A DNA stretch of 52,805 bases, filler included, from Theionarchaea archaeon (GCA_018992565.1; 3 parts of 3 records of this genome joined end to end with filler, not necessarily neighbours in it); one strand, 5' to 3'; positions 1 to 10,396 are shown, counted from the whole stretch's first letter. The notes: a model not told the origin generated them from the letters alone. Made by a program: numbers and translations.

Positions 1-543
1 TCTGGAAAATCAACGCTGCTGAATCTGTTGGGGGCGCTGGATAAGCCTTCATCAGGCACAGTCTTCTTCGATGGAATTGACTTGTCACGCGTTGATGAAG
101 CAGTGCTGTACCAGTTGAGGAGAAAGAAGGTTGGATTCGTCTTTCAATCCTTCAATCTGATTCCAACTCTCAGTGCCATTGAGAACGTATTGATCCCTCT
201 CGTTCCTACAGGTACTCCGAGGGTGAAGGGATACAAAAAAGCCAGAGAGCTGCTGGAGACTGTTGGACTCCAGAAGAGGATGCTGCACAAGCCTTCAGAG
301 ATGTCGGGAGGGGAGCAGCAGCGTGTGGCCATGGCCAGAGCGTTAATCAATGACCCATCCATCATTCTGGCAGATGAACCCACGGGAAATGTGGACTCAA
401 AGACAGGCAAGGAGATCATGAGCCTACTCCAGGATTTGAACCAGCGTATGGGGACCACACTGATCGTTGTGACGCATGATCCTGAAATCGGAAAAGCAAC
501 TCAGAAGTCAATTCTGTTGAAAGATGGGAGAATTGTGGAGTGA
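1..543 (+). CDS. ABC transporter ATP-binding protein, LolD/MacB type (5' truncated by window edge)
   Basis: Frame open from base 1 with Walker A end SGKSTLLNLL; GFVFQSFNL, MSGGEQQRVAMARAL, ILADEPTGN, VVTHD motifs. Confidence 0.93.
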   Translation, partial: SGKSTLLNLLGALDKPSSGTVFFDGIDLSRVDEAVLYQLRRKKVGFVFQSFNLIPTLSAIENVLIPLVPTGTPRVKGYKKARELLETVGLQKRMLHKPSEMSGGEQQRVAMARALINDPSIILADEPTGNVDSKTGKEIMSLLQDLNQRMGTTLIVVTHDPEIGKATQKSILLKDGRIVE

Positions 544-1494
544 TCACATAGTAGTCAAGTCAATGCGGTACATATCCATGTCCGGAGCATATGATTTGAC
601 TGTCGTCTGACTCATGATATGTATGGTGTGTCCCAGATTCTGGCGGAGAGCATGAATTCTTTCATATTCTCTTTCAATGTCAGAGGTAATACAGTAGTAA
701 TGAACTATCTTCCCGTGAGAGAGGGCTTCTGGAAGAAACTCAAAAGCATTTTGAGGCAAATTCATGATTATCCTATCTGCATATCCGAGGAGAGCTATCT
801 TTTTCCTGGCATCGCCCAGAATTGGGACTACCTTATTCACTTTGTTCAGAACAATATTCTCTCTCAGGAGCTCAATAGCCCGGGGGTTAATATCAATTGC
901 ATATACTACTTCAGGCTGCGCATTCTTGGCAATCATGATGGAAAAAGGACCCACGCCGCAGAACATGTCAATGACAACCTCACCTGGTTTGACGTCCTGG
1001 GCAATTCTCCACCGTTCTGTTGATAGACGGGGATTGAAATAGACCTTTTCAATATCCACCTTGAATAGAAGCCCGTATTCCTTGTGGATGGTCACTGTTT
1101 TTTCTTCTCCAGAAAGGTGTTCATACGTCCGGGTGCGGAGGGTTCCTGAGATCCTGGAAGTCTTTCTCACCACTGTCTGGATGGAACGACGGTTCAACAG
1201 GATGTGGGCAATATCCTCCTTCTTGTCTTCCAGCTCTTCTGGAATATCCACAATAGCGATATCTCCAATAGTGTCATAGCTCTTCAGCCCGAATTTACAG
1301 AGAGACTCAGGGTGGGATGAGCTCTTCTCAAAATCCATGTCCACGATTTCATATCCTGGAACTTCCCCATTGAGCGGAAAATATAGAAATTCGTCGTTTC
1401 TCTTGATCTTATAACCTTTCAAGAGAGCATTTTTCTCTACGAGGTATTTATGAACTGATTCGCCTTGACGTTTTGGCACCTTTAGTCCTCTCAT
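544..1494 (-). CDS. trm5: tRNA (guanine37-N1) methyltransferase, Trm5/Met-10+ family
   Basis: SYDTIGDIAI, VYFNPRLSTER, DMFCGVGPF SAM motif, DRIIMNLP; GGAGGTG RBS upstream. Confidence 0.88.
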   Translation of the reverse strand: MRGLKVPKRQGESVHKYLVEKNALLKGYKIKRNDEFLYFPLNGEVPGYEIVDMDFEKSSSHPESLCKFGLKSYDTIGDIAIVDIPEELEDKKEDIAHILLNRRSIQTVVRKTSRISGTLRTRTYEHLSGEEKTVTIHKEYGLLFKVDIEKVYFNPRLSTERWRIAQDVKPGEVVIDMFCGVGPFSIMIAKNAQPEVVYAIDINPRAIELLRENIVLNKVNKVVPILGDARKKIALLGYADRIIMNLPQNAFEFLPEALSHGKIVHYYCITSDIEREYERIHALRQNLGHTIHIMSQTTVKSYAPDMDMYRIDLTTM

Positions 1495-1579
1495 TGGAAT
1501 ACTGTCACCTCCAGGATTTAAATAGTGTCTGGTTTTCAGTAAGCAGAAAGGATTTTAAGGATAGGGCAGTACATAGGTT

Positions 1580-2350
1580 ATGGCTCGTGTGCGGATGGGT
1601 GATTCCATCGCAGCAATACTGGCCATGGTAGGGTTCATCCTCATAGAGGGAGATTACTCATTGGCAGGCGTTGTATTGCTGGCAATAGCAGGGGTTTGGA
1701 TATACAAGACTCAGAAAGTCCAATTACTGGTAGTTTACATTGGCGTTGTAGGATTGGTCTTTTTTCTCTTTTTCAACGAAATGATTGATGTAGATATGAA
1801 TCTCATAGCTATTTTTATTCCCTTGATTCTCGCCTGGGACTCAGTCACTGTTTATCGAACGGAGAGGAGGATGAAACAGGTAATGAAGAACCTCAAGGTG
1901 AAAAATCCCCAGGTGGAAGTCATCCCTTCCAGAGTACCTTCCTATTACTTGAGGACATATAACCTGAAATCGCCGTATCTCGTGAGTGTCGTCTGCGAAG
2001 AGGACGTCGTAAGAGGCTACTATGACATCAAGACCAATACCTGGGTTACTGTGGAAAGCGAGTTATTTCCTGTTTTTTCTTCAGTACCAGAAAAGGTGTG
2101 GAAGACAGTTGTGTCCACGCATCCTGACGGAAGCCTGCACAGAGTAGAGCATAGAGATAAATTTGAATCTGTGGTAAGAGTTGACATATACGATGAGCTG
2201 GGGACCAAAACTAATGCAAGCTGGCGACTTTGTAGAGATTCGTACCAGACCTGGGATACTACAGTCAGAGAATGGAAACCCTGTCCACGTGGATGGCACC
2301 CTCCCCAATCCGTTTCGGGCAAAGTAGCTGCACTGCTTGGACTCTCGTGA
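1580..2350 (+). CDS. hypothetical membrane protein (N-terminal TM helices, soluble C-terminus)
   Basis: 256-aa ORF, hydrophobic N-terminal third, TTTTAA box about 25 bp upstream. Confidence 0.65.
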   Translation: MARVRMGDSIAAILAMVGFILIEGDYSLAGVVLLAIAGVWIYKTQKVQLLVVYIGVVGLVFFLFFNEMIDVDMNLIAIFIPLILAWDSVTVYRTERRMKQVMKNLKVKNPQVEVIPSRVPSYYLRTYNLKSPYLVSVVCEEDVVRGYYDIKTNTWVTVESELFPVFSSVPEKVWKTVVSTHPDGSLHRVEHRDKFESVVRVDIYDELGTKTNASWRLCRDSYQTWDTTVREWKPCPRGWHPPQSVSGKVAALLGLS

Positions 2351-2351
2351 T

Positions 2352-3368
2352 TCAGCTCAAATATGCAATATTTGAAGGACATACCTGGGTTTCATATATT
2401 GTTTTGGGATCAATTGTTTTGTATGCCTCTCTTACAATATCCTCTCCGACAGTGTAATTGAATATGTATGGACTGAACAGTGGGTGGGTGATAAATTCCA
2501 TCTGTTTTTCTGCGCGGTTCTTTGTGGTCAGTCCCATTTCCACCAGGTATTCCACGGCTTCTTTGGGATCGCAATTTTCCTGGTGGACCATCAAGGCTGC
2601 ATTACCGCTGCACCGTGACAGTACATTGAAGGCTTCTGAAATGGCTGTTTCAGTATCTACATCAAGCCCAGCCTGGAATTCCCTGTTCAAATATCCATAG
2701 ACTTCTCTTCTATTTTCAAAAATGAGGGTAAATCCTGCATTAGCCACTCCTTCGCTGATCAAGCATTCTGGTGTATTATACACAAAAATGGAAGCTTCAA
2801 GAAACCCCTTCTCCCTGTAGAGAACTTTTTCTTTAATGACATGGTCTGTATGATGACCTGGATACCCTTCATGAGATATGAGAAGAGGCAACCCTGTAAC
2901 CTGTATGGGGATATCTGTGTTGATTTCCACCCTGGATGTGTACTCTCCCACATACCAGTTGTAGCCACTCCAGGGTTTGTCATGCACCAGGACAAAGTCT
3001 ATATGTTCTTCTTCAGGNNNNNNNNNNNNNNNNNNNNNNNNNNNNNNNNNNNNNNNNNNNNNNNNNNNNNNNNNNNNNNNNNNNNNNNNNNNNNNNNNNN
3101 NNNNNNNNNNNNNNNNNAATACTCTAAGCGTCGTCTTGATTCCCGTAACCTGTTTTTCAAGGTATACTCTGCGGGCTCTGTCTCCTTCAGGTATAGTGGC
3201 TTCCAGATGCTCAGCCTGAAGCAAGAGATAGTCCAGAGACTCCTTTTCTTCTTTTTCGATTCTGGCCTTCAGTTCTTGTGGTCCGCAGTATGCATCAACA
3301 AAACCTTCAAAGTGCTTTTCTACTCTCAGAGCCAGAGTGACATAGTCTTCTCCCCATGTTGTGGTCAT
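2352..3368 (-). CDS. DUF885-like putative zinc metallopeptidase (spans scaffold gap)
   Basis: HEGYPGHH motif plus downstream ISEG; coding sequence on both sides of gap 3018-3117. Confidence 0.65.
   Translation of the reverse strand: MTTTWGEDYVTLALRVEKHFEGFVDAYCGPQELKARIEKEEKESLDYLLLQAEHLEATIPEGDRARRVYLEKQVTGIKTTLRVXXXXXXXXXXXXXXXXXXXXXXXXXXXXXXXXXXPEEEHIDFVLVHDKPWSGYNWYVGEYTSRVEINTDIPIQVTGLPLLISHEGYPGHHTDHVIKEKVLYREKGFLEASIFVYNTPECLISEGVANAGFTLIFENRREVYGYLNREFQAGLDVDTETAISEAFNVLSRCSGNAALMVHQENCDPKEAVEYLVEMGLTTKNRAEKQMEFITHPLFSPYIFNYTVGEDIVREAYKTIDPKTIYETQVCPSNIAYLS
3018..3117. other. scaffold gap (100 N)
   Basis: run of N. Confidence 0.99.
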
Positions 3369-3473
3369 GGTACGACATCTAGCAGGTCCTTAAAAAGGTT
3401 TTACTTCTGTCTCTTAAGAGAGAAAGCCCCAAAAAAACCAAAACTCTTATAAGTCTGATGGACAATAACCATC

Positions 3474-4787
3474 ATGAACAAGGTATGTGCTCTCATCTTG
3501 TTTCTGCTCATTCCTTATCTGGCTGTGTCTCAATTAGAGGTTACTTCCTTCACGTTTTCCCCGCAGGAGCCTCAACCAGGAGAACAGGTAACCCTCATCG
3601 TCAGGTTGGCCAACAAGAGCTATGATCAGGATATTGAGGCAACATGCAGGCTGTTTCTCAACGATGAATTGTATGATGTGAAAGTTGTCCCTGTCAGCCA
3701 TCGTTCCTCATCAGGAGTGACTTTTGAATGGATAGCCTATCCAGGACAGCATCATTTTGCGTTGTACATGTCATACTATCAGGAGAATATAGAGTACTCT
3801 GACACCTTCCATGAATATCTCACTGTTCAGGGAGCACCTGAAGAATATGACTACTTTTCAGAAGCAGTCACCCTGTTCAATAGTGAGAAGTACTTGCAGG
3901 CGAAGGTGGTCTTCGGCCAGGCACAGACGGTATTTGAAGATAGGAACGACACAGACAATGCTGTCCTGTGTGAGGAATACATACTGAAATGTGAGCAGTA
4001 TATAGAGGCAAATCAACTGTACACTCAGGCAGAAGAGTCCTTTTACCAGAAAGATTATGTCAATGCTCCCATTTACTACCAGCAGGCGAAGTCTCTATAT
4101 GCAATACTGGGAGATGGGAGGGCTGCTGAATGCCAGGCACGCCTTGATGAAATAGGAGAAATCCAGAGCCAGCGGAAGGGAGAAGGATACATTTCATATC
4201 TCTTCCTGTTGCTGCCTGCAGGTGCTTTGGTGATAGCAGTATGGTGGCTCAGAAGGAGGAAGGGTGGGTCTGAATTGCCTGATTATGTCCCGGAGAAAGA
4301 GCTGGAGAAACCCCAGCAGAAGAATCGAGAGAAGCCCTTGTTTAGAGATGCGGGTGAACCTGGCATTTTCAGGACTCTTGACACTATTGAGTCGCAGCTG
4401 GATACTCAAAGTCCTGACACCTTCAAGTCGCTGGTAAGGGAATTCAGAAAACAGGAACAGAAGTTCGTCCAGGAAGAGCACGAGCTTGAAGAAGCCCAGC
4501 AGATTAAACAGAGCATGGTGAATCTCAAAGACAAAATCAAAGAGAAGGGGAAGAGGCTTCAGGATATTCAGAGACTGAAAGACCTCTCCCGCAAGTGTGA
4601 TGCGCTCATGGATGGGCCAGTGGGTGATCTTGTGGATGCCTATAACCACTATGCACGTCTGCAGAATGAGTTTGATGGAATACCCAGTACAGGGTCTCCA
4701 GAAGAGGAAGAATTGAAAGAAAAACTCAAAGAATATTATCAGTTCATTCAGGAGAAAGCAAAGTCTGAGCAATCCGAGTCGCAGTAG
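3474..4787 (+). CDS. membrane-anchored protein: signal peptide, CARDB/Ig-like domain, TPR-like helices, TM helix, cytoplasmic coiled-coil
   Basis: FSPQEPQPGEQVTLIVRLAN CARDB-like start; TM helix followed by RRRK. Confidence 0.7.
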   Translation: MNKVCALILFLLIPYLAVSQLEVTSFTFSPQEPQPGEQVTLIVRLANKSYDQDIEATCRLFLNDELYDVKVVPVSHRSSSGVTFEWIAYPGQHHFALYMSYYQENIEYSDTFHEYLTVQGAPEEYDYFSEAVTLFNSEKYLQAKVVFGQAQTVFEDRNDTDNAVLCEEYILKCEQYIEANQLYTQAEESFYQKDYVNAPIYYQQAKSLYAILGDGRAAECQARLDEIGEIQSQRKGEGYISYLFLLLPAGALVIAVWWLRRRKGGSELPDYVPEKELEKPQQKNREKPLFRDAGEPGIFRTLDTIESQLDTQSPDTFKSLVREFRKQEQKFVQEEHELEEAQQIKQSMVNLKDKIKEKGKRLQDIQRLKDLSRKCDALMDGPVGDLVDAYNHYARLQNEFDGIPSTGSPEEEELKEKLKEYYQFIQEKAKSEQSESQ

Positions 4788-5169
4788 CTATGAAGGACTC
4801 ACATTTTTCGTGCAGATTTTTCTCTCTGTAATGCTGTATCCCCTGTTCTGTGGTAACATCCTCGCCCAAGAGCTCACAGCACAGTATGGTTCCATGTTCT
4901 TCTGTGAATCTCCTCAAGAATTCTCTCGTCAAGGTGTCCACATGGGTCTTGGACGATTTGTCCTCTGGATCTTTCCGGCCGTACTGCAGTCCAATGCCCA
5001 TGACAGCACCAGTCACTGCTCCACATACACTTCCTGTCTTTATTCCAGATCCAAACCCTTCAGCAATGGCCGGGATGCACGAACATGTCTCGCCTTCACT
5101 CTCTGACAAGACCAGGAGGACTGATTGAGCACAGTTGAACCCTGAATTGAAATAGTCTGTTGCTTTCAT
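4744..5169 (-). CDS. C_GCAxxG_C_C family redox protein
   Basis: FNSGFNCAQSV, SVCGAVTG, ILCCELLG, EKC motifs. Confidence 0.88.
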   Translation of the reverse strand: MKATDYFNSGFNCAQSVLLVLSESEGETCSCIPAIAEGFGSGIKTGSVCGAVTGAVMGIGLQYGRKDPEDKSSKTHVDTLTREFLRRFTEEHGTILCCELLGEDVTTEQGIQHYREKNLHEKCESFIATATRIAQTLLSPE

Positions 5170-5939
5170 AGATACACCTCCATGGTTTCAACGGAAATGA
5201 CAATGGAGGAACCTGTCACATCATGAGGAACCAGGACAAGCCCGCCACAGTTACCTCCATGAGGGAAAAGAGTGTCTCGCTGCCACCGACCTGCATTCTC
5301 TCCATCATAGAGCAGATCGTCCTTAAGGTACAGCCAACCCGTCTCGCAATTCTGAGATCCAGAAAAGACAAACAGCGTGGCTGTCCTTGAGATAAAAACG
5401 AATATTCGGTGCCTGTCGTAGTCCAGATAATACAGAGTGTCGGGGATGAGAGCACTGGTGGGGATGAGTATGTTTGTGTCCTGTATGGTATACTCCACTC
5501 TGTGCATACCTACGAGAGTTCCATCTATGATCTGCTGGTAAGTGCGGGTAAGAGAATCAGATTCCCCAAAGTGGATGTAGACTTCAGAGTCTGTGTGAAT
5601 GTATATGGCGGGGTAGTAGGCGAAATTGAACATATCAAAGATTGCCTTGTTTTCCTGTCTGTTGACCCAGATGATACTCAGATGATACGTTTCATAGAGC
5701 TCTTCAACCAGTGGCTTGGCCGTCTCACAAGTTGAGCAGGTGGAGCTGTACAAATAGAGGACCACAGGAGAGAGCTGATCCATCAATTCCAGGATCTGTG
5801 TATCTGTGAGGTCCTTGTACATTTGGGGTCCGCTGGACGGCTGGGGTGAGGATGAGGGCGTACTTGATCCAGATGGTGCAGGATTCTGCCCAATACAGCC
5901 TGCAGCCAGCAGCAGCAAAATAATCCATCCATACTTCAT
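5166..5939 (-). CDS. lipoprotein with thioredoxin-like CxxC domain and DUF2318-like C-terminal domain
   Basis: LLLLAAGCIG lipobox, CSTC motif, YYPAI cis-Pro loop; start at MKYGW about 25 bp after TTTTTAA. Confidence 0.6.
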   Translation of the reverse strand: MKYGWIILLLLAAGCIGQNPAPSGSSTPSSSPQPSSGPQMYKDLTDTQILELMDQLSPVVLYLYSSTCSTCETAKPLVEELYETYHLSIIWVNRQENKAIFDMFNFAYYPAIYIHTDSEVYIHFGESDSLTRTYQQIIDGTLVGMHRVEYTIQDTNILIPTSALIPDTLYYLDYDRHRIFVFISRTATLFVFSGSQNCETGWLYLKDDLLYDGENAGRWQRDTLFPHGGNCGGLVLVPHDVTGSSIVISVETMEVYL

Positions 5940-6041
5940 ACGTAGAGCCATCATCTGCATACTTAAAAAGGTGTGGATTTTTTGATTCATGCCCCCTCCC
6001 TTATCATGCCTTCAACAGGCTCTGGATGGACAGATATACAC

Positions 6042-6839
6042 CTATGTACCAAACCTTCTCTTTCTCTTTTGGAATTCCCGGATGATTCTGAGGAAATCCA
6101 CTTTTCTGAAGGCAGGAAAGTAAATATCGCAGAAAAACAGTTCTGAGTAGGCAGCCTGAAACAGGAGAAAATTGCTCAGCCTGACTTCTCCACCTGTTCT
6201 GATAATGAGATCGGGATCTGGTCCTGCCCTGTACAAATGGTCTTTTATGACCTTCTCTGTAATATTTTCCACCTTGAAATTGCCATCTGTTATTTTCCTG
6301 GCCACCTTCTTGAACGCCTCAATAATCTCCAGCCGTCCCCCATATGCTATACACACATTGAAGAGCTGCTTATCATAGTGGCTGGTTGCTTCCTCTGCAG
6401 TCCGGATAGCCTTTCCAACCCTTTGAGGAAGAAGGTTCAAATTGCCTAGGGCTTTCACGCGGATTCTGTTCCTGTGTATTCTTTCATCTTCTGCAATTTC
6501 GTAGAATTTCCTTTCGAACAGATCCATTAAGTGATTGACCTCCTTCCTGGGGCGGTTGAAGTTCTCTGTAGAGAATGCATATACGGTAACCTCTTTGATC
6601 TGCAGTTCGCTGCACCAGTCAAGAATTTCCTCGATCTTCGAGGCCCCTTGCTGATGCCCCTTCATGGTCAATACTCCGATTTCCCTGGCGAACCGCCTGT
6701 TTCCGTCCATGATAATGCCTATATGTCTCGGGATAGTCCCCTTTTGGATCTCATCAATGAGATGCCCTTCATACACATAGTATAAAGGGCGCATCAAGAA
6801 GGAAGGAATGTGTGAATAAAGGAAGGATTTTAAGTGCAT
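6042..6839 (-). CDS. uppS: cis-prenyltransferase (polyprenyl diphosphate synthase)
   Basis: HIGIIMDGNRR, YAFSTENF, PDLIIRTGGEVRLSNFLL, RRFG. Confidence 0.95.
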   Translation of the reverse strand: MHLKSFLYSHIPSFLMRPLYYVYEGHLIDEIQKGTIPRHIGIIMDGNRRFAREIGVLTMKGHQQGASKIEEILDWCSELQIKEVTVYAFSTENFNRPRKEVNHLMDLFERKFYEIAEDERIHRNRIRVKALGNLNLLPQRVGKAIRTAEEATSHYDKQLFNVCIAYGGRLEIIEAFKKVARKITDGNFKVENITEKVIKDHLYRAGPDPDLIIRTGGEVRLSNFLLFQAAYSELFFCDIYFPAFRKVDFLRIIREFQKRKRRFGT

Positions 6840-6962
6840 GATGACACGTTACTTATCTCTTTTTTAAATAGTTTGTCATGGAAGGCCGTATTCAGTGAGG
6901 GTTCACTGCATACTGCCATGATCCAGATATAGGCCTGCGAGTATTCTCTGTCTCTACCTGGA

Positions 6963-7496
6963 CTACCAGGAGGTATCAAAGGTCTCTCTGTATGTTATAT
7001 CAGAGATAGGCTTTCTCCTTCTGGGTTCTGGGTTTTCAGAGGTGTACCCTGCTGTTACAACTGCTACCACTACTGCGTTCCTGGGAAGGTTCAGGGTCTT
7101 CTTGACCCTCTCTTCTGAGAACCAGCCAATCCAGCATGTCCCAAGCCCCCGCGCGTGGGCTGCAAGCAGCAAATACGTGACTGCGTTGGACACATCAGAA
7201 ATCTGCCACTTCTTCAAAATAATCGAAGGAGTATACCATGCTACAAAGACTACAGGGGCTTCCACAATGTGCTTGCTGAAAGGTATCACAGCGTCGCGCA
7301 ATCCCCCCCGTAAGTTCTCTTTTTTCTGCTGATCCCTGACCACCACAAACCGCCAGGGTTGGTTATTGCTGGAAGAAGGTGCCCATCGAACAACGTCCAA
7401 GAGTTCTTCAATAAGACTATCAGGGACAGGCTTGTCCAGATACGAACGAATGCTTCTTCTTGTCTTCAGTCCTTCAATAAGGCTGATATCGTTCAT
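6963..7496 (-). CDS. nitroreductase family protein
   Basis: RRSIRSY, APSSSNNQPWRFVVV, GLGTCWIG. Confidence 0.92.
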   Translation of the reverse strand: MNDISLIEGLKTRRSIRSYLDKPVPDSLIEELLDVVRWAPSSSNNQPWRFVVVRDQQKKENLRGGLRDAVIPFSKHIVEAPVVFVAWYTPSIILKKWQISDVSNAVTYLLLAAHARGLGTCWIGWFSEERVKKTLNLPRNAVVVAVVTAGYTSENPEPRRRKPISDITYRETFDTSW

Positions 7497-7501
7497 CAGT
7501 A

Positions 7502-8302
7502 TCACCAGGTGTTATGTGAACGCTGGTAATGAAATAGATAATGGTTGGCATATCCTGCATATGGACCAAAGTACTGTCGGCCAAAGGTGCTGACGTCTAT
7601 TGTGGGGTTGTAGAGCTGTGTAATACAGCTCCTGACGTGGGTATCGCAGGGAAATGCTTCCAGATTGTCCAGGGAAAACAGGAGAACACAATCAGCCACC
7701 TTGTGACCAACACCTGGAAGCTGGAGAAGTGCTTTCTTGGCTTCCAGATACGGCATCTTTCTCAGTTCATAAAGGGGGAATCCATCAACGAGTGCCTGTG
7801 CTGTCTTCTGCACATAGACATCTCTGTAGCCAAGCCCGCATTTTCGCAGTACTTCAACAGGTGCATCAGCCAGAGTTTCAGGAGAAGGAAATTCATATCC
7901 TCTACAAGAGGGCAAAGGAGCACCAAAAGCCCTGCACAGCTTCTCTACTATCTGCTTGATGCGGGCGACATTGTTGAAAGAGGAGCAGATGAAAGAGATG
8001 AGGCACTCCCATGGGTCCTGGCGAATGAGACGAAGCCCATGTAATACAGTTGTTGCCCTGTGTATGTGGATGTCTTTGTCAATAGTGGATAGAATGGTGT
8101 CCAGATCATCATCCAGTCTGAAGTACCATATCAGAAAATCCTCATCACACGTGCAGTGGATGCCATCGTTCTCAAAGAGGCGAATGAATTCTCCTCTGAC
8201 AATCCCTTCCCATGTACCGTTTCGATTGTGCCACCTGAACACCTGTCCAGAATTCAAGGTGTGGTAAAGATTCAGAGGCTGTGAGAGGTGGATAGTGTGC
8301 AT
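7502..8302 (-). CDS. ogg: 8-oxoguanine DNA glycosylase (OGG1 family, HhH-GPD)
   Basis: TLNSGQVFRW, RQDPWECLISFICS, LPGVGHKVADCVLLF, FPCDTHV. Confidence 0.88.
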   Translation of the reverse strand: MHTIHLSQPLNLYHTLNSGQVFRWHNRNGTWEGIVRGEFIRLFENDGIHCTCDEDFLIWYFRLDDDLDTILSTIDKDIHIHRATTVLHGLRLIRQDPWECLISFICSSFNNVARIKQIVEKLCRAFGAPLPSCRGYEFPSPETLADAPVEVLRKCGLGYRDVYVQKTAQALVDGFPLYELRKMPYLEAKKALLQLPGVGHKVADCVLLFSLDNLEAFPCDTHVRSCITQLYNPTIDVSTFGRQYFGPYAGYANHYLFHYQRSHNTW

Positions 8303-8362
8303 TGCGTGTGGTAATGGGTTCACTCTTAAGTATGTCACTCCTTTTTGAGCTTGTCCGGGGTT

Positions 8363-10118
8363 CTACTTCTTCTTCCTCACAATATCATACACTATTGAGA
8401 CAAATGCAGCGGCTAGAATGCCGTATACAAGCTCAGTACTGATGACAGCATGGGGAATGTCTCCTGTCTTCTTGGTCGGTGCTCTGTACACTTCCCATTC
8501 TTCTGTGTCTCCAACCTTGATGAGCTGGGAGGGTGCCCGTCTCCCTTTCGGTAGTACAAAAACAGAGGCAGACGTGGGGTCTGGCTGGTAATCAGATGCG
8601 ACTTCCTGCCACATNNNNNNNNNNNNNNNNNNNNNNNNNNNNNNNNNNNNNNNNNNNNNNNNNNNNNNNNNNNNNNNNNNNNNNNNNNNNNNNNNNNNNN
8701 NNNNNNNNNNNNNNCTTGATGAGCTGGGAGGGTGCCCGTCTCCCTTTCGGTAGTACAAAAACAGAGGCAGACGTGGGGTCTGGCTGGTAATCAGATGCGA
8801 CTTCCTGCCACATGCCCAGGGTCTGGGGCCTGCCTGTAGTAGCAGTCACGAAGCATCCCATGATTCCGCTGGGAATAAAAACAATCTCGTTTTCCTGGGA
8901 ATTTCTCCTGATTACCTGTACCATTGCCAAGTTTTCTTGATTCAAATAGGAATCTGAGGGCATTCTAAGAAGTATGAGGAACAGTGAAGGAATTCTGAGG
9001 GTGAGCCGTGAGGATGGCTTCTGATTTAGTGGAGGCCTTTCCTCTCTCTGAGTGGAGAGTCTGAGGATGTCCTCCCCGCTCGGGATTCCTGGATCAGTAG
9101 TTCTTGTGACTTTCATTCCCCTATCCACCCCTCTCCCACCTACTATGCCCACAGTGGGAGCAGCCAGTGACAGGACTATCAGTGATGTCACAACAAGCAC
9201 GTTCCTCCTGCGTGGTGAAATGAGTCCCTCAACATGAGACATGAAAATCCCAGAGAGCATAGAAAGGGGAAGCAGTGCGTGGCCAGCAAACCGTCCTGCA
9301 TACGTGAAGGCCATGGGTACCATGCATACCAGAATACACACAGGGATCAGGAACTCACCTTTTTTCTTTATGGATATGATACTGCCCAGTATCCCCAGTA
9401 GCCAGGGAACGATCAGTATGAACACACTTGAATTGGGAGAACTTGCGGACAGGTTGCTTAGATTTCTCACAATGTGGAAAAGCCACGGGACGTAGAGAAG
9501 CAGAGAACCTCCTGCTATCTTGGCACCAGCGAGAGTCCTCTTGCTCACGACACTGTACAGGAAGAAGGCACACAACACGATGGGCCCCATGCTGATGTGC
9601 GTGTACAGACAGCCAGCCAGGATCACCATCGCTGCCACGTACTTTCCTTTTTCAAACCAGTAAAACAACAAAGGCACTGCCGCAAGAACCAGGGCTGCAG
9701 CTGAGGTGACAGATTGCAGGTTGAAATATTCGTAGCAGGGTGCCAGCACCAGTACAGAGTAGAAGGCAGTTCGAGGCGAGTAGATTCCTCTTGAAACCCA
9801 CCACATGGTACCCAGAGACGCAGGAAACATCACAAAGCTGGTAATCCGGGAAGCTGTGACCATAGTTGAACCCTCTGAAAGGACCATCATGAGACCGTGC
9901 AGCAGTGGAGGGTACAGGTGCGGCCTTCCCAGTGGTGCAAATTCCCAAAAATCCCACAGGACAATTCCCCCGGCCTTCTCAAATGAGAGTGCAACTGACG
10001 CATGATAGTAAATGTCCACAAAGACCGGAAATATATCCCAACGAGCAATGAGCAGCACAATGGTGGCTGCTATTATCCCACCAGACAACATGTCATAACC
10101 ACGATTCACTGCGTTCAC
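8363..10118 (-). CDS. multi-pass membrane protein, GT-C/ArnT-like glycosyltransferase candidate (one gene; gap plus 99-bp duplication is an assembly artefact)
   Basis: DIYYH and YPPLLH loop motifs, many TM helices; ORFs 8592-10118 and 8363-8758 join after collapsing the duplicate. Confidence 0.6.
8516..8813. other. scaffold gap 8615-8714 flanked by identical 99-bp duplicate (8516-8614 = 8715-8813)
   Basis: direct sequence identity on both sides of N run. Confidence 0.95.
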
Positions 10119-10216
10119 CCTCCCTCCTGGATGTGCCCACTAATAAACGTTCAGGTTACTTTCTCCCTTTTCCTGTTCTTCACACCTTCATTCAACAGTG
10201 CTCTTCTGATTAATCC

Positions 10217-10312
10217 CTAAAACTCCTCTGCCATCTTGACTTCTTCATCTTCTTTCATTCTCCAGGCAATAACTGTATATCCTGGGGCAATCTTGTGGTA
10301 TGCCCTCACCAT
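10217..10312 (-). CDS. possible small protein MVRAYHKIAPGYTVIAWRMKEDEEVKMAEEF (alternative GTG start at 10354)
   Basis: GGTGA RBS before ATG; otherwise unsupported. Confidence 0.3.
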   Translation of the reverse strand: MVRAYHKIAPGYTVIAWRMKEDEEVKMAEEF

Positions 10313-10360
10313 TTTCACCAACTTAGAAACAGCCCCCTCTTCTTCCTCTAACACGCATAA

Positions 10361-10396
10361 ATAACCGAAAGCTTTATATAGTATTGTTAATCAATA
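10361..10396 (+). promoter_or_regulatory. BRE-TATA promoter followed by TATTG-N5-CAATA palindrome
   Basis: ATAACCGAAAGCTTTATATAGTATTG, identical to 44857-44882 on the minus strand; palindrome at 10382-10396. Confidence 0.75.

Noticed and set aside
3457..3473. GATGG-N7-CCATC after a TATA box, resembling the cobamide operator
   Set aside because: Shorter arms, different spacer and unrelated downstream gene
8516..8813. 99-bp direct repeat around a gap (also 24825-25122)
   Set aside because: Exact duplicates flanking 100-N gaps; collapsing them restores single ORFs, so they are assembler overlap artefacts
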